A stretch of DNA of 64,000 nt from Torpedo marmorata (Eukaryota). Under the pieces are notes generated by a model. That model worked only from the letters and a program-made list of their open reading frames with translations, made no database searches and was not told the DNA's origin. Below, in pieces: positions 25,647 to 39,084 of this stretch (position 1 is the first letter of the stretch; every line of letters starts with the position of its first letter). The position numbers and the translations under genes were made by a program. Location of the stretch: NCBI GenBank assembly GCA_977017645.1, contig OZ360253.1:35712001-35776000 (forward strand). Reading direction: 5' to 3'.

Positions 25647-26055
25647 CATTGGAGATGCTTCAAAAGAGGCACTGAAACTCGAACATTTTATCGGGCCATC
25701 GAAGCTTCATGTTCAATTCCTTGTGGTTGTGCTGAATTAATGATCTCAGTTGGAGAGGTATTACAATGTGCACAACCAGAAACCCATAATCTGCCCAATG
25801 GATCTTGGTTGTCTTCAGGTTTCAGTTTATCTGCCATTCTTTTGATGATTACAAGCTTGTCAACGCTCACGGTTTGAGCTGGCAGATGTTGAGTACCTCT
25901 TAGGTCTGGCTTCAATGATGTTTATCCTCAAGACGGAACAGCAAGTTTTCAGTTGGATACGAGGGCTTTTATATTCTCATAGACAAATTAGAATCAAGAG
26001 TTTCATGCATGTATGTACATGTTCACTCATTTCAAAATTCAAATTTATTTTTCAG

Positions 26056-26103
26056 GTGCAAAAAACTGAAAGAAAAAAGAGACGGAAAAAAGAGACAGAT
26101 ATT
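26056..26103 (+). CDS. MYO9A: MYO9A 48-nt exon (VQKTERKKRRKKETDI)
   Basis: ttcag| ... |gtaagt; basic stretch preceding C1. Confidence 0.93.
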
Positions 26104-28287
26104 GTAAGTTATCTGACCCTCCTGTCATGTTCTGTGCTTGGTTCTGAGCCACAATTCTTATATCCAATAATATCTTTAAACTGCACATAATTTCAGCATT
26201 AGCAAGCTGTCTTGTGTCCTCTTCTTCCCACCTGCCTCCATCATTCTGTGATTTGAATAGAGCTGACACCATATGCATATCCGCTGATGCAGGATATTTG
26301 TTGCTTGTGCTTTCTTCAAACTACTTGACCAGCTCACAGCTTTCATTTTTCCTAGGTTGCAGTGTCCCTAATTTCGGGCAACATTGTTCTATTTTGAACA
26401 TGTTACACTATGTTGGCCAAATGTATCGATGGTCCTTTTCCCAAAGATGTTCACACTCCTGTTACCACATGTTTACTGGCAAAAACTTATAAAGAGGTTT
26501 GTCTAAGAGTCACAAAACGCAGGTTGCTTTGGAAATACTGCTTGACTGCACATAAGACACTAATTCTGCATAGGATTACAGAACGTGCCAGCGGATCAGT
26601 TAAAGGCTGACATTTGTTTTTCTGGTCTGATAGCCCTATTTTCCCTCCATTGCCTCATGTCTTCCTGTTTGTTACCCACATCTCATTATCTGTGAGCTTC
26701 ACTTTGCTGCCATCTCGGGAAATGTTGACTCATTCTGCAAGGTAGAAAGCTCAGCTGATTGTGATCCATCAGGAAAAGATGAGATCATTCTGTTTGTACA
26801 AGTCACTGGTAGTTAGAGGTCATGACTTTACCTTGGTACAGTCTACAGTGTTGCAACATGCAACAATTTGTCCTTTCGCAAGGTTTTTTGTCTTGATTAA
26901 CAATTAAATGGATATTCATTGTGCTTTGCTGCTTGTAGCTGTTCAGTGTTAAATCCTTTCCCCTTTTATCTGATATAATTTTGAAATCATGTGCTTTTAA
27001 AGAAGACTATTAGATTAATAGTCTTATCCTGGATCCTCCTCATTTGAACGTAATGCACCATCCACATGTTCTCTTTGCCCCAAAGTATTCCTTTGCTCTA
27101 TCTGATATTGCACTTTCATCTGGTGTGAATGTGTTTAAAGCACTCATTGATACTTCTAAAGAGTGTTGGGGATAAACTGCCTACCCTTACTCTTGTATTT
27201 TATGAGGTATTGCACATTAAGTGTGACTGTTATAGTTCCTTTCAACCTTTTGGAGATCAGTATCGTGTGTTATGTTCTCTTAACATGCCAGTTTGGATAT
27301 AATGATACAGAATGATTCAGCTGCAATCTGAGATAAAGATGGGTTAAGCAGAACATGCAATTTCTGGTGTGTTGGCTGTAAAAGCTACTGTTTGTTACTT
27401 TGAATGTAGATCTGCGAAAAATATCTACGAAATTGTGTTTTTTTGAATGGAGTTTAATTTATATTAGTCATACATAATTGGAGTGATTTTCATGTTTCAA
27501 GGAATCTATCTCAAGCTGATTTTCTTTAAGTTCCAATGAAGTAGATGTGCTAGTATTGCTTTGATTTTGTTATCTAGATGTAGCTAGTCCATGCTCGAAA
27601 ATATTATCGTCCCCTTATTGCCCTGAAGAAGAAGATGGTGGTGAGCCATTTGCTTAAACCTCCTTGAGCCTTCTGATTATGTTTTTTTTCTTCGTGGTAT
27701 TGTACATGCAGCTCTGGGATTTAGACCTGGTGATAAAGGAGGAAAATAATATGTTTCTTAGTTTGGATGGTCTGGGACTCAGAGACCCTGTGGACCTGCT
27801 CCTTTGTTCTTCCTCATTGGTGTCGACAATGCACCTTTGGGAAATATCGTTGAAGTAGTCTTGAGGAGTAATTGTAATGCACTTTGTTGATGATGCACAA
27901 TGCAGCCATGGCGGGCCAGCAATGGAAGGAAAAGATGCTGTGGGTGGGTTGGGGAATAATCAGGCCTTCATGTCAATCTTGAGTGTTACATGGTGAAAAG
28001 ACGTTATGGCATCAGAGACCAGCCTGTGAGTGGCCCAACTGAGTTTCTGGTCAAAGGTAGCCCACATGACGATTATGATGGGATACTGAGCACTACTAAT
28101 GCCATTAAATGGTAAGCGTATGTAGCCAGGCAATTTGTTGGAGATGATCATTGCGAGGCATTTGAATGCACAGATATTGCTGGCCTCAGCAGCCCATACC
28201 TGTGACATCATGTCAGCACATCATTGATGAAACAAAATACCGTCCTGAGAATCTCCAGGTGCTTGCTTTTAAAAAAAAAAAAAAAAT

Positions 28288-28482
28288 TAAATTTAGACAT
28301 ACAGGCCCTGATCCCGTACCGCCTAATTACACCCAATTGACCTACAACCCCCGTACATTTTGGAGGGTGGGAGGAAACCCATGCAGGCATGGGGAGAATG
28401 TACAAACTCCTTACAGACAGCACCGGATGCAAACCCGAGTCGCCGGTACAGTGTTGCTCTAACCACTACGCTAACCGTGCCG
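28288..28482 (-). mobile_element. V-SINE (HE1-like)
   Basis: Reverse-strand V-domain and tail. Confidence 0.85.
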
Positions 28483-29317
28483 CTTGTTTAACCTTCAACT
28501 GCCACAACCATTTCCTTCCTTTCCTCCTTGATCCTGGCTTATCAGTTGACCAATGTTCCTTCATGTCACACTGAGTTAAATTTGCCGACAATCGTGTGGG
28601 GCGGGGATGCGGGGAAGTGTGCTATTGTATCCAGTTGTGCTGCTGACACAAAGCTGAGTCAGCATTTTGCTTGTGTGGAGGATGCAGAGAAGCTGAAAAG
28701 GGGTAGAACTGAAAAGCTAAAAACTGAAGCTGCTGAAAATCTGAAATAAAAGAAATAAATGCTCAAGGTACTCTGCAAGTCAGAAGTATTTCTGGAGTGA
28801 GAAATGGAGTGATTGTTTCAGATTGATACCAGATTGTGTGAATTGGCAAGAACATGGCAAGTGAACTGTTATGTGGAAAATGAATTTATCCACATTTTGG
28901 TTGGGGAAAAAAAAGTAGAAAATGTATTTTTTTAAGAAATGAACATTGCAAATTTTCAGTGGCCTGTGTATCCCTGAACGTGAATCACTGAAAGTTCACA
29001 TGCAGTTAAAACAATCAGGAGGGCATGAATTATATTGGAGTTTATTGCAAAAGGATTGAATTCAAGATTAACAATGTCCAGATGAAATTAGTTTGAACCT
29101 TGGCATGATTGCAATCCCCCCACTCCAGAATATTGTCGGCTTATAATAGTGGGAACAGCAATGGTCCAGCCTACTGCTTCCTGAAATGGAGTGATAATGC
29201 AGAAGACATTATGCATAGAGGCCCTTCACTGTCTAGAGTTTAGAAAATTGAGAAGTGATCTTATTATGCATACAAAATTCTTACATGCCACGATAAATGA
29301 GATGCAGGATGATGCAC

Positions 29318-29545
29318 ATTAGCGCAGGGGTTAACGCAACGCTGTTACAGCGCCAGCAACCTGGGTTTGAATAAGGCGCTGTCTGTAAGAAGTTTGTACG
29401 TTCTCCCCGTGACTGCATGGATTTTCCCCGGGTGTTCCAGTTTCCTACCACATCCCAAAATGTACGGGGTTGTAGGTTAATTTGGGTGTAATTGGGCGGC
29501 ACGGGTTTAAACGGCCGGAATCGGCTTCTACTGTGCTGTAAATAA
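29318..29545 (+). mobile_element. V-SINE (HE1-like)
   Basis: V-domain gtttgtacgttctccccgtg and tail. Confidence 0.85.
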
Positions 29546-29732
29546 AATGTTATTTGGTTCTCCTGTTGCTTTTGCTCCGCAATGCCTCATGGACGGCAAG
29601 ATTTTACCTGTCAGAATTCAGTGCAACGGTGGTCCCACATAACAGAATAGCTCAGGAATCATGCACAGTTTTATCTTTATTACTGATTCTGAGCAGGAAT
29701 GATTTAACCAACCCAAGTATCTTTAATTGTAG

Positions 29733-29844
29733 GTGGAAGAGTACAATGGTCATATTTTCAAATCAACGCAGTATAGTATTCCCACTTATTGCGAGTTTTG
29801 TTCCTCTCTCATCTGGATGATGGATCGAGCTTGTGTCTGTAAAT
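29733..29844 (+). CDS. MYO9A: MYO9A exon, C1 zinc finger N-half (HIFKSTQYSIPTYCEFC...CVCK)
   Basis: tgtag| ... |gtaagt; H-x12-C-x2-C pattern. Confidence 0.95.
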
Positions 29845-30477
29845 GTAAGTACCCAGAGATGTGGAAACAAAATGTAAGAAAAGGAAAAGGCTCTTGGTGA
29901 ATGCATTCTTGTTCATTGATTCCCTTTTCCTGTCTCCCTGGAACTGATGTTCAAAATGTATTTGTTTTAATGAGAATATTTGTACTGTGCACTTCAGTGG
30001 CTTACTGTCCTTGTCTGGTAACTTACCGAATCATAGTCACACAGCACAGAACAGGCCCTTCAGCCCAGCTCGTCTCTGCTGACCAAATTCCATGATCACA
30101 AAGATAAAAGTATTCCAGCTAATTTTCCATCACATTGTAAATTTCTAATGTTGAATATATTGATGCCCAGGGGAAAATGCGGCAGCACCTGGCATTTTGA
30201 AATTACTGTATGATTTAAACATTTTCCTGTCGTGAAGTCCCTATGGAAGGCGGAGATAATGAGTGTCAAGCCATCCAAAGTTATCTGTTATTATCAATTT
30301 CTATTAAAAACATACCGAAATGCTGAAGGAACTCAGCCGGTCTTTCAGTGTCCATAGGAGACAAAGGTGTGTTGCTGAAGTTTCGGGCCTGAGCCCTTCT
30401 TCAAGGAATAAGCAGAAACAATTTATATGCAGCTTCATATGAGCAAGTTAACCCACTTGTGCACTTTTGTTTTCCAG

Positions 30478-30539
30478 TGTGTCGGTATGCTTGCCATAGG
30501 AAGTGCTGCTCGAAAACCATCATCAAATGCTCAAAAAAG
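30478..30539 (+). CDS. MYO9A: MYO9A exon, C1 C-half (LCRYACHRKCCSKTIIKCSKK)
   Basis: tccag| ... |gtagga; completes the C1 Cys/His ligands. Confidence 0.95.
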
Positions 30540-30985
30540 GTAGGAAATCTTGCATTGATTGAGTATAAATTGATTTTAAAGGTATGACATATGAATGTCA
30601 GGTTTTTAATTATTAAACAATAATCATTGTTTAAATATAGTGATAGTCATTCAGCACGGAAAGAGGCTGTTCAGCTTGCCGGCTATCAAATACCTATCCA
30701 TACTGATCCCATTGATTTTATCAGCTTTGCACTACCAACAATGCCAATTGATATGTTCTGATGAAGGATCTTTGACCTGATACGCTGGGTTTCTTTTGAT
30801 CTCCCCAGTGAAATTTTTAGATCTTTAAAGTGCTTCCAGTATTATTTACTTTTGTTCCTACCTTCTCCATTGTGGGAGGCATTGGGCATTGTCCATGTTA
30901 TTATTCTTTAAATCATGAATATTGTCAGTTATGCTTGCCTAAATCAAATGTAAACACACCACTGTCAGATGGAGTAACTGCATAA

Positions 30986-31396
30986 AAGTAAAAGCACAAT
31001 GCTGGAGAAACTCAGCAGGTCAAATAGTGTTCTTTATATAGCAAAGATAAAAATACATAACCGACGTTTCGGGCTTGAGTCCTTCATCAAGGTATGGACA
31101 AAATGTCGGCAGGCGTCCGAATAAAAGGGTAAGGGGGGAGGTGTGGTCACAAAGGCAGGAGGTAATAGGTGGAGAAGGGAGGGAGGGCACAGCAGCAAGC
31201 AAGGAGAGGAGGGATGGCTAGGTGAATAGAGAGGGAAGGGGGTGGAGAGCTGACAGGGGGAAGGGAAGGGGGAGGGGGAAGAGGAGAGCAGGTTAGCAGA
31301 AACCGGAAAAGTCGATGTTAATACCATCTGACTGGAGAGTGGCCAGATGTAAAATCAGGTGTTGTTCCTCCAATTTACGGGTGGTCTTGGTGGGAT
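30986..31396 (-). mobile_element. PLE 3' fragment with terminal repeat (pLTR)
   Basis: Homologous to 40052-40455; RKLEEQHLI peptide; 13-bp TSD AGTAACTGCATAA (30973-30985 / 31397-31409). Confidence 0.85.
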
Positions 31397-31599
31397 AGTA
31401 ACTGCATAATTCTGAAGACCTGTGCCTAGTTTTTTTTTTCCATCCATGATTGCTGAGGCCACTTATGGTTCTAAGTTTGGATCTTCCTTTCATTAATTGC
31501 TTGCTTTGTACTGGTAATGTAGGTTTGATTCATTGGAGGTGTTTGAACTCCTCAAATTTCGCTGCCACGTGCCTAAACCCTGTCTTTTCATTCACACAG

Positions 31600-31792
31600 T
31601 ACGAACCTGAGCTATCATCTCGGCAGTTTGGAGTGGAAGTCTCCCGTCTAACCAATGACGAGAGGACAGTGCCGCTTGTGGTGGAGAAGCTGATCAATTA
31701 CATTGAAATGCATGGCCTGTACACCGAGGGAATTTACAGGAAGTCAGGATCGACCAACAAAATCAAGGAACTGAAACAAGGCCTGGATACAG
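31600..31792 (+). CDS. MYO9A: MYO9A exon, RhoGAP start (FGV...VPLVVEKLI...TEGIYRKSG)
   Basis: cacag| ... |gtaatg; arginine-finger motif EGIYR intact. Confidence 0.96.
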
Positions 31793-32195
31793 GTAATGGG
31801 CACCAACCAATCGAGTGGCTGCATTGACAGACTCCTCCAGCTCTGCAGGAGGGGTGAATGAGCATCCGTGAATTTAAGTGAAAGCAGAACTATATACTGG
31901 GGGTTTGTTTGTGATCAAGGATTGTAACAATGGTTGGTTGCATTTCAGTAATTCTAGAAATTTTATTATAGGAATTACATTGTAGAAATTCTCACCCATA
32001 TTTTGGGAGTGCCTTTATCGTGTGCGCCACAAGTTCTGGAAAAAAGCTGACCACGTACCAGAATGGCAGTGGGGATGCGGAGTAAATATTGGCTTCAGGA
32101 GAGTCACACATGAAGTTCACATTTCTATTTGTAAGAAGTTGAGAGGAAATTATATGACAGCTGCTTCTGGAACTGACTGGAATTTCTTTCTGCAG

Positions 32196-32324
32196 ATATT
32201 AACAGCATGAATTTGGATGAGTATAGCATTCACGTCATTGCCAGCGTTTTCAAACAATGGCTGCGAGATCTCCCGAATCCTCTAATGACCTTTGAACTCT
32301 ATGATGAGGTTTTGCGTGCAATGG
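32196..32324 (+). CDS. MYO9A: MYO9A RhoGAP exon (IHVIASVFKQWLRDLPNPLMTFELY)
   Basis: tgcag| ... |gtaagt; KxWLRxLPxPL motif. Confidence 0.96.
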
Positions 32325-32837
32325 GTAAGTGCAAGTTATTCTTCCAGTTCTGTGTTAATATTAGAAATGGATTCAATCATTTTGACAAAGAAAATAAAAA
32401 TTAAATTTGAAAGGAGTTGTTTGTCAGCTCATCTTTTCCACTAAAGTAAGACTGAACTGCATCCTTTCTACATAAAAGATACTGTTTGACCTGCTGAGTT
32501 ACTCCAGCATTTGTGTTTTTTACTGAACTGCATCCCTTGTGTGAGGAAAGTTTCTGGTATCATGTAGCATTTTTACTCTATTGTACTTTCTTCAAATCAA
32601 ATGTTATGGGGCAAGGCCAACTTCTTTCCCCCCCCCCTTTCTCTCACCCCCGACCCTTCCTGTCTCTCTCACCCAACCCTCCCTGCACACTCGTGTGCAC
32701 TTTTTCGTGTGGAATTGCAAATTAATGGAATAGAAAAGGAACCGACTAATTTTCATGTTCTTGAAGAAAGAGCATTGTTATGCTGCATTGAATTAGACAG
32801 TTCAGCTTTATCAGGACTAGAATCTGGAATATATATA

Positions 32838-33054
32838 GACATATAGCACAATAACAGGCCCTTTTGGCCCACTAGCCAGTGCCGCCCAAATACCCCAGTA
32901 CATTTTGAAAGGTGGGAGGAAACCGGAGCACCCAGAGGAAACCCACGCGGACACGGGGAGGACGTACAAACTCCTTACAGACAGTGGCGGCTTCGAACCC
33001 GGATCACTTGTGCTGTAATAGCATTGCGCTAACTGCTATGCTAACTATGCCACT
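32838..33054 (-). mobile_element. V-SINE (HE1-like)
   Basis: Reverse-strand V-domain and head. Confidence 0.85.
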
Positions 33055-33202
33055 CTTAACAGCCTTACTCTGTTTGTGAAGCATTTTTGAATATGTTAAT
33101 GGTATTTATCATAATTGCAGCTCTCTTGTCTTGATGTGGTTTGCTTACGTGTAATTAAAATATGGCTTTTGCTGAAGTGAAGGTTGTTTTCATTGTCCAC
33201 AG

Positions 33203-33308
33203 GTCTACAGGACCGGAAGGAAATGATTCATGGTGTATATTCTATAATTGATCAGCTGTCACGGACTCACGTCATTACGCTAGAGCGACTCATCTTTCAT
33301 CTTGTCAG
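33203..33308 (+). CDS. MYO9A: MYO9A RhoGAP exon (LQDRKEMIHGVYSIIDQLSRTHVITLERLIFHLV)
   Basis: cacag| ... |gtaaat; phase 1 to 2. Confidence 0.95.
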
Positions 33309-33564
33309 GTAAATATTTAAATGACATGCATCAGGATTTGGATATCTTAATTTTGCAGTGAAGGATTATATGAAGTAGATACATGTTTGAAAGATCAGGG
33401 AATTGATGGTGATGGGGAACTGGCATAGAAGAGGAGATGAAGGCTGGGGTAAATCAGCCATGATCACGTTAAATGGTGGGGCAGTCTTCAGGGGCCAAGT
33501 GACCTCCTCCTGCTCCTTTGTTCTTTTGTATTCCAACATTTTGTTCTTACCAGTAACACTGAAT

Positions 33565-33790
33565 GAATGAGTGGCTCTACACGGACATCCGTTGCGCAGT
33601 CCAAATCAGTGGGTGGGAAACAGATAGTTTCCCCATCAAGTCTGGAGTTAGGCAAGGCTGCCCGCTCTCTCCAGTCTTATTTGTGTGCTGCATAGAGCCC
33701 TTTGCTGAATCCATCAGGATGGATGAGGGCATAAGAGGAGTGACATTGCCAGGCAGTTGAGCCATTCAGGTCAAGGACTCCTTGACCGTT
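33565..33790 (+). mobile_element. L1/Tx1-clade RT fragment
   Basis: SGVRQGCPLSPVLFVCCIEPFAESIR. Confidence 0.8.
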
Positions 33791-33854
33791 GACGAAGTCC
33801 ACACTTAGAGATCCTGGATCCTTGTGAGCAACTCTCTTTAACATGGTGTCACTC

Positions 33855-34178
33855 AGAATCAGAATTTATTGTCATGAACATGTCACGAAATTTGTTGTTT
33901 TGTGGCAGCATCATAGTGCAAATATTTATATAAACCACCTTACAAAATAAATAAAAATAGTGCAAGAAAAAGACAAAGTAAGGCAGTGTCTGTGGTTCAT
34001 TGTTCATTCAGGAATCTGATGGCAGAGGGGAAGAAGCTGTCCTTGTGCTGCTGAGTGCTCGTCTTCAGGCTCCTGTACCTCCTTCCCGATGGTAGCAGAG
34101 TGAAGAGGGCATGGCCTGGGTGGTGGGGGTCCTTGAGGATAGAGGCTGCTTTCTTAAGACACCGCCTCTTGTAGATTT
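33855..34178 (-). mobile_element. Rex/Babar-like LINE 3' end (second subfamily)
   Basis: KDPHHPGHALFTLLPSGRRYRS; tail ending ttctgattctga on the minus strand. Confidence 0.8.
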
Positions 34179-34557
34179 CACTGTGCCAGTGATTAAAAAT
34201 CCCAGGCCTTTGTAGCTTGGTAGGGCAAACGAAAAGTAACATTGATGACTGAACTCGTTTACTTTTTATGCAAAAATACCTTGGACATTTGACATTCACA
34301 AGTTAGGTTGTCCCATGAAGTTGTGGCTAACATCAGAAAACCTCCCGACTGTTTATCAGACATTTTGCAGTTTATTCAGAGGTTATCGATGTGAGAGATC
34401 TCTCATCAGATAGCTGCAGTTGCATAAAAGCAGGTTTTTAAAAGTGTGGTGGCTCACATGATCTTTTCCCTGTTCTCTTCTGCTCCGCTTCAGTCTGGCA
34501 ACTGCAGTTGTTTTGAATTTTACACTGCTTTGGGAACAGGTGCAGAGAGTGAAATAT

Positions 34558-35272
34558 ATTAGAGCCATAGAATATTGCAGCACAGAAAACAGGCCCTTCG
34601 GCCCTTCTAGTCTGTGCAGAACTATTATTCTGCCTAGTCCCACTGACCTGCACCCACTCCATACCCCTCCCATCCATGTACCTGTCCACATTCTTAAATG
34701 TTAAAATTGAGCCTGCATTCTCCACGTCAGCTGGCAGCTCATTCCACACACCCACCACTCTCTGTGTGAAGAAGTTCCCCCTAAATTTTTCCACTTTCAC
34801 CCTTAACCCATGTCCTCTGGTTTGTATCTCACCTACCCTCAGTGGAAAAAACCTACCTACATTTACTCTGTCTATCCTCCTCATAATTTTAAATATCAAA
34901 TCTCTCCTCATTCTTCTACGCTCCAGGGAATAAAGTCCTAACCTGTTTAACCTTTCCCTGTAACACAGTTCCTGAAGCCCCAGCAACATCCTAGTAAATC
35001 TTCTCTGAACTCTTTCAATCTTATTGATATCTTTCCTGTGATTAGGTGACCAAAACTGCACACAATACTCCAAATTTGGCCTCACCAATGTCTTATATAC
35101 ATCTTTATCATAACATCCCAACTCCTTTCCTCAATACTTTGATTTATGAAGGCCAATATGCCAAAAGCTCTCTTTACAACCCTTTCCACCTGTGACACCA
35201 CTTTCAGGGAATTATGTATCTGTATTACCAGATCCCTCTGTTCTACCGCACTCCTCAGTGTCCGACCATTCG
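34558..35272 (-). mobile_element. CR1 LINE 3' fragment
   Basis: [15 protein letters not shown]...FFTQRVVGVWNELP. Confidence 0.92.
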
Positions 35273-35451
35273 TGACATTTATTGGAGAATTCTGTTCACA
35301 ATTCTCAAGTATGAAATGGAATTTTGCTCAGAAATGTATTCTTCAGGAGATCTCTAGCAAACTTATTCTGACAATACACTGCTGAGAGAGAAGAATAATT
35401 TTCATAATTCTCTTTTTTGTCACCCCCCTCGTTTGTTGTGCTCCTTTCCAG

Positions 35452-35583
35452 GATTGCCCTGCAAGAAGATACCAACCGGATGTCCTCAAATGCGTTGGCC
35501 ATCGTCTTTGCTCCATGCATTCTTCGATGTCCAGATACCACGGATCCTTTACAAAGTGTTCAAGATATTTCAAAAACAACTGC
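35452..35583 (+). CDS. MYO9A: MYO9A RhoGAP exon ([25 protein letters not shown]...)
   Basis: tccag| ... |gtaaga; NxMxxxxLAIVFxP motif. Confidence 0.96.
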
Positions 35584-35751
35584 GTAAGAATGCTTTCATT
35601 TCTTAACATGAACTTTGGTTTAAAGAGAGTAATAACACTGTAGTATTTATGCTATTAGCTTGTTTTCATGGTGATTGGAGAATATTTTAAAATAATGGTT
35701 ACTTGGGTTTTCACCTTGTGATGAGAACTTATTAGATTTAAAAAAAAAAAA

Positions 35752-36006
35752 AATTTAGACATACAGCACTGTAACAGGCCAATTTGGCCCTACGAGTCCG
35801 TGCCGCCCAATTTACACCCCATTAACCTACACCCTGGTACGTTTTTGAAGGGTGGGAGGAAACCAGAGCCCCCGGAGAAAACCCAGGCAGACACGGGGAG
35901 AACATACAAACTCCTTACAGACAACGCGGGATTCGAACCCAGGTCCAGTCCCGATCGCTGGTGCTGTAAAGGCGTTGCGCTAACCGCTACGCCAACCATG
36001 CCACCC
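35752..36006 (-). mobile_element. V-SINE (HE1-like)
   Basis: Full-length reverse copy with A-rich flank. Confidence 0.9.
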
Positions 36007-36110
36007 AAGCAAAATCTCTTGGCGAAATCACAGAAACTGCTAAATCTGGAATTTCGATTGACTAAAACTGGCTCATTTGCCTTTGTTGAAATAATATTCT
36101 TCAATAAGTA

Positions 36111-36672
36111 CCGTATTTGACGGCATATAAGACCCACTTTTTCCCCCCAAAAAATGGCTCAAAAATATCCCCGGGTCTTATATGGGAAGTTGAAATTAGA
36201 GTGATAATGGTGAGTAACGCCGACAGTGATCATCGTCGCTGCATGGCTCACTAGCATCACCGCCATCTATTGTTGGGGGCTGGTGGCGGGCTGTCGGGGG
36301 TGGGGGGGTGCAGGGCGGTGGGATCAGTGTGGGGGCTGGTGGCAGGCTGTCGGGGGGAGCAGGGTCGTGGGATCAGTGTGGGGGCTGGTGGCGGGCTGTC
36401 GGGAGACTCTCAGTGGCCCGCTGTCGGTCCCTGCACTGGTCCCGCTGCCCCATTCCCCCCGATAGCCCGCCACCAGCCCCAACACCGATCCCACCGCCTC
36501 GCTCCCTCCCGACAGCCCGCCACCAGCGCCCACACTGATCCCACCGCTACATATTTCAATAATGTTAAATGCTTACCCGTAAATACACTAAAAAAAAAAT
36601 TCTTAATATCCCCTGCTGAAATGGGGGGGGGGGTCATATATGCCTGTGGGTCTTATATGCTGTCAAATACGG
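36111..36672. mobile_element. Tc1/mariner-type MITE with internal GC-rich inverted tandem repeats
   Basis: 27-bp TIR CCGTATTTGACGGCATATAAGACCCAC (one mismatch) with TA TSDs. Confidence 0.88.
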
Positions 36673-37310
36673 TAATTCTAATGCATACAAATTAGTTTAT
36701 GACATTTCTGAAAAATAGGGAATACTCAGAAAAACTGAGAATTGTTATTTGCCCCGTCAGCCCTTTCCTGCTTCATCTGTTTTAAATTCTATTTGAACGT
36801 GCAGTTTTTCTGCTATACTGTTGCCACATTGAACCAAATGTTGTGGGTAAATATTGCATCAGTTAAACTGTACTTCTCAAAGGAAGATCAGAACAAGTTC
36901 CCATCCATGCAGTTTTTGATTTGAGTATTCACTAGCAGGTTTCACATTCATCTCAATGCCCTGCGTGAAATGACTCTGGAGGCAAAATAATAAAATAACC
37001 TGGATCATAATATTGAAGAAAGGAAAGCTGAGCCTTGTCTGAACTATGAGAGCATAGAAAGATAGAAGCATGGGCAGAACCATCGACCCTTTGAGGCTGC
37101 TCTGCCATTCAGTGTGACTGCAATTGATCCTCTGTCTCAGTTGCATGTTCCCCACCTATCCTCGCACTCCTTCATACCTCTAGTCTCCAGACATCTTTTT
37201 ATTTCCTCATTTTATGCATTCATTAATTTGACCTCCACAACCTTCTGTGGTAGACAATTCCACAGGTGCACCACTTTTGCAGTGAAGGAGCATCTCCTCC
37301 TCTCACCCCT

Positions 37311-38345
37311 AAACATCTCCTCCACAATCTCCATCAGTACTGGAGCACCACAGGGCTGTGTTCTTAGCCCCCTGCTCTACTCACTTTACACCTACGACTG
37401 TGTGGCTTGGTACGACAATAACACCATCTACAAATTTGCCGACGATACCACTGTAGTGGGTTGTATAAAGGAAGGGGATGAGTCAGCATACAGGATGGAG
37501 ATTGAAAACTTGGCTGAATGGTACAACAACCTTGCACTCAATGTCACCAAAACCAAGGAGCTGATGGTTGACTTCAGAAAGGGAAAACCAGAGATATACG
37601 ATCCAGTGATCATTGGGGGATCGGAGGTGGAGAGGGTGAGCAAATTTAATTTCTTGGGAGTCATTATCTCGGAGGATCTTTCCTGGACCCAAAACACTAA
37701 TGGCATCGTGAAGAAAGCACGTCAGCGCCTCTATTTCCTCGGGAGTTTGCGGAGGTTTGATATGACACCGGAAACCCTGGCAAATTTCTATAGATGTGTG
37801 GTGGAAAGGGTGCTCACCGGCTGCATCACGGTCTGGTATGGGGACACCAATACCCCTGAGCGTAAAGCCCTGCAAAAGGAAGTGGACATAGCCCAGGACA
37901 TCACAGGCAAAACCCTCCCCACCATCGAGAACATCTACAGGGAACACTGCCGTCGGAGAGCAGCAGCAATCCTCAAGGATCCACACCACCCAGCACACGC
38001 TCTGTTCACGTTGCTGCTATCAGGAAAGAGGTATAGGTGCCACAAGACTCGCACCACCAGGTTCAGGAACAGCTGCTACCCCTCCACCATCAGACTCCTC
38101 AACAACAAACTCAATCAGGGACTCATTTAAGGTCTCTTGTGTACTTTATTGATTTTTTTTTCATTCTCTCTGTATTGCACAGTCAGTTTGTTTACATTTC
38201 TTTATTTGTTTACATGTGTACATTGTGTACAGTTTTTTTTGCACTACCAATAAGTGATAATTCTGCCTCGCCTGCAGGAAAAAGAATCTCAGGGTTGTAT
38301 ATGATGTCATATATGTACTCTGACAATAAATCTGATTCTGAAATG
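37311..38345 (+). mobile_element. Rex/Babar-like LINE, 5'-truncated, RT C-half with open frame
   Basis: GAPQGCVLSPLLYSLYT, KFADDTT, open to the stop at 38130; tail aataaatctgattctgaa; inserted in an old minus-strand CR1. Confidence 0.9.
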
Positions 38346-39084
38346 TCATTCTTCATATTGTCTTTTCTCCGTGCATTCCAAGGACCCTGTGGAAAAATGA
38401 AATTCCTCCCAATGTCCAGCCTGTTAAGCCCTGTTACATGTTTTTACATTCCAATGAGATTTCCTCAAATTCTTCTAAGCTCTACTGAATGCAAGCCTTT
38501 TCATCCCAATCACTCCTCAAAGGTAATCGTGCAATCCCAGGTATCATTCTGATCACTCTTAAGGCACTCTGTTTTAACAAGCATATCCTTTCTGTGGTAA
38601 GGAGATTAAAATTCCTGGTGCCGTCTCACCAGGGCTCTGCGTAATTTTAGAAATACATCCTTCTTCCTTTACTGAAAACCCGTTGCAATGAATTTTGGTA
38701 CCATTGCCTTCTTTCGACTGCGCGACTCTTGCTGAGCCTGCATGTTTGCTTTCAGCAGTGGTGTCCATGGACACCAAAATCTCTCTCAACATTTTCCAAT
38801 GTAGCACCCTTTTAGTAAGTCTTCCAAATGATGAATTTCAAATGATGAATTCACATTTCTCCGTGTCATACTAGATCTGCCATGTATGTGCCCACTTAGT
38901 CAACTTGACTAAATTTGCATACTCACAATCCCCATCCAAATCCAGACAAATTCATGTCGTTATCAAACTAAAAATATTTTATTGGGTTCCCTCATTCAAA
39001 TAATTTATGTAAACTGTGAATAGCTGGGGCCCAGTGATTGCTATGATATCCCATGAGTCACCCCTTGCCATTCTGAAAGTTTTA

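Noticed and set aside
36226-36695. Overlapping Gly/Pro-rich ORFs
   Set aside because: Artefacts of the GC-rich repeats inside a MITE
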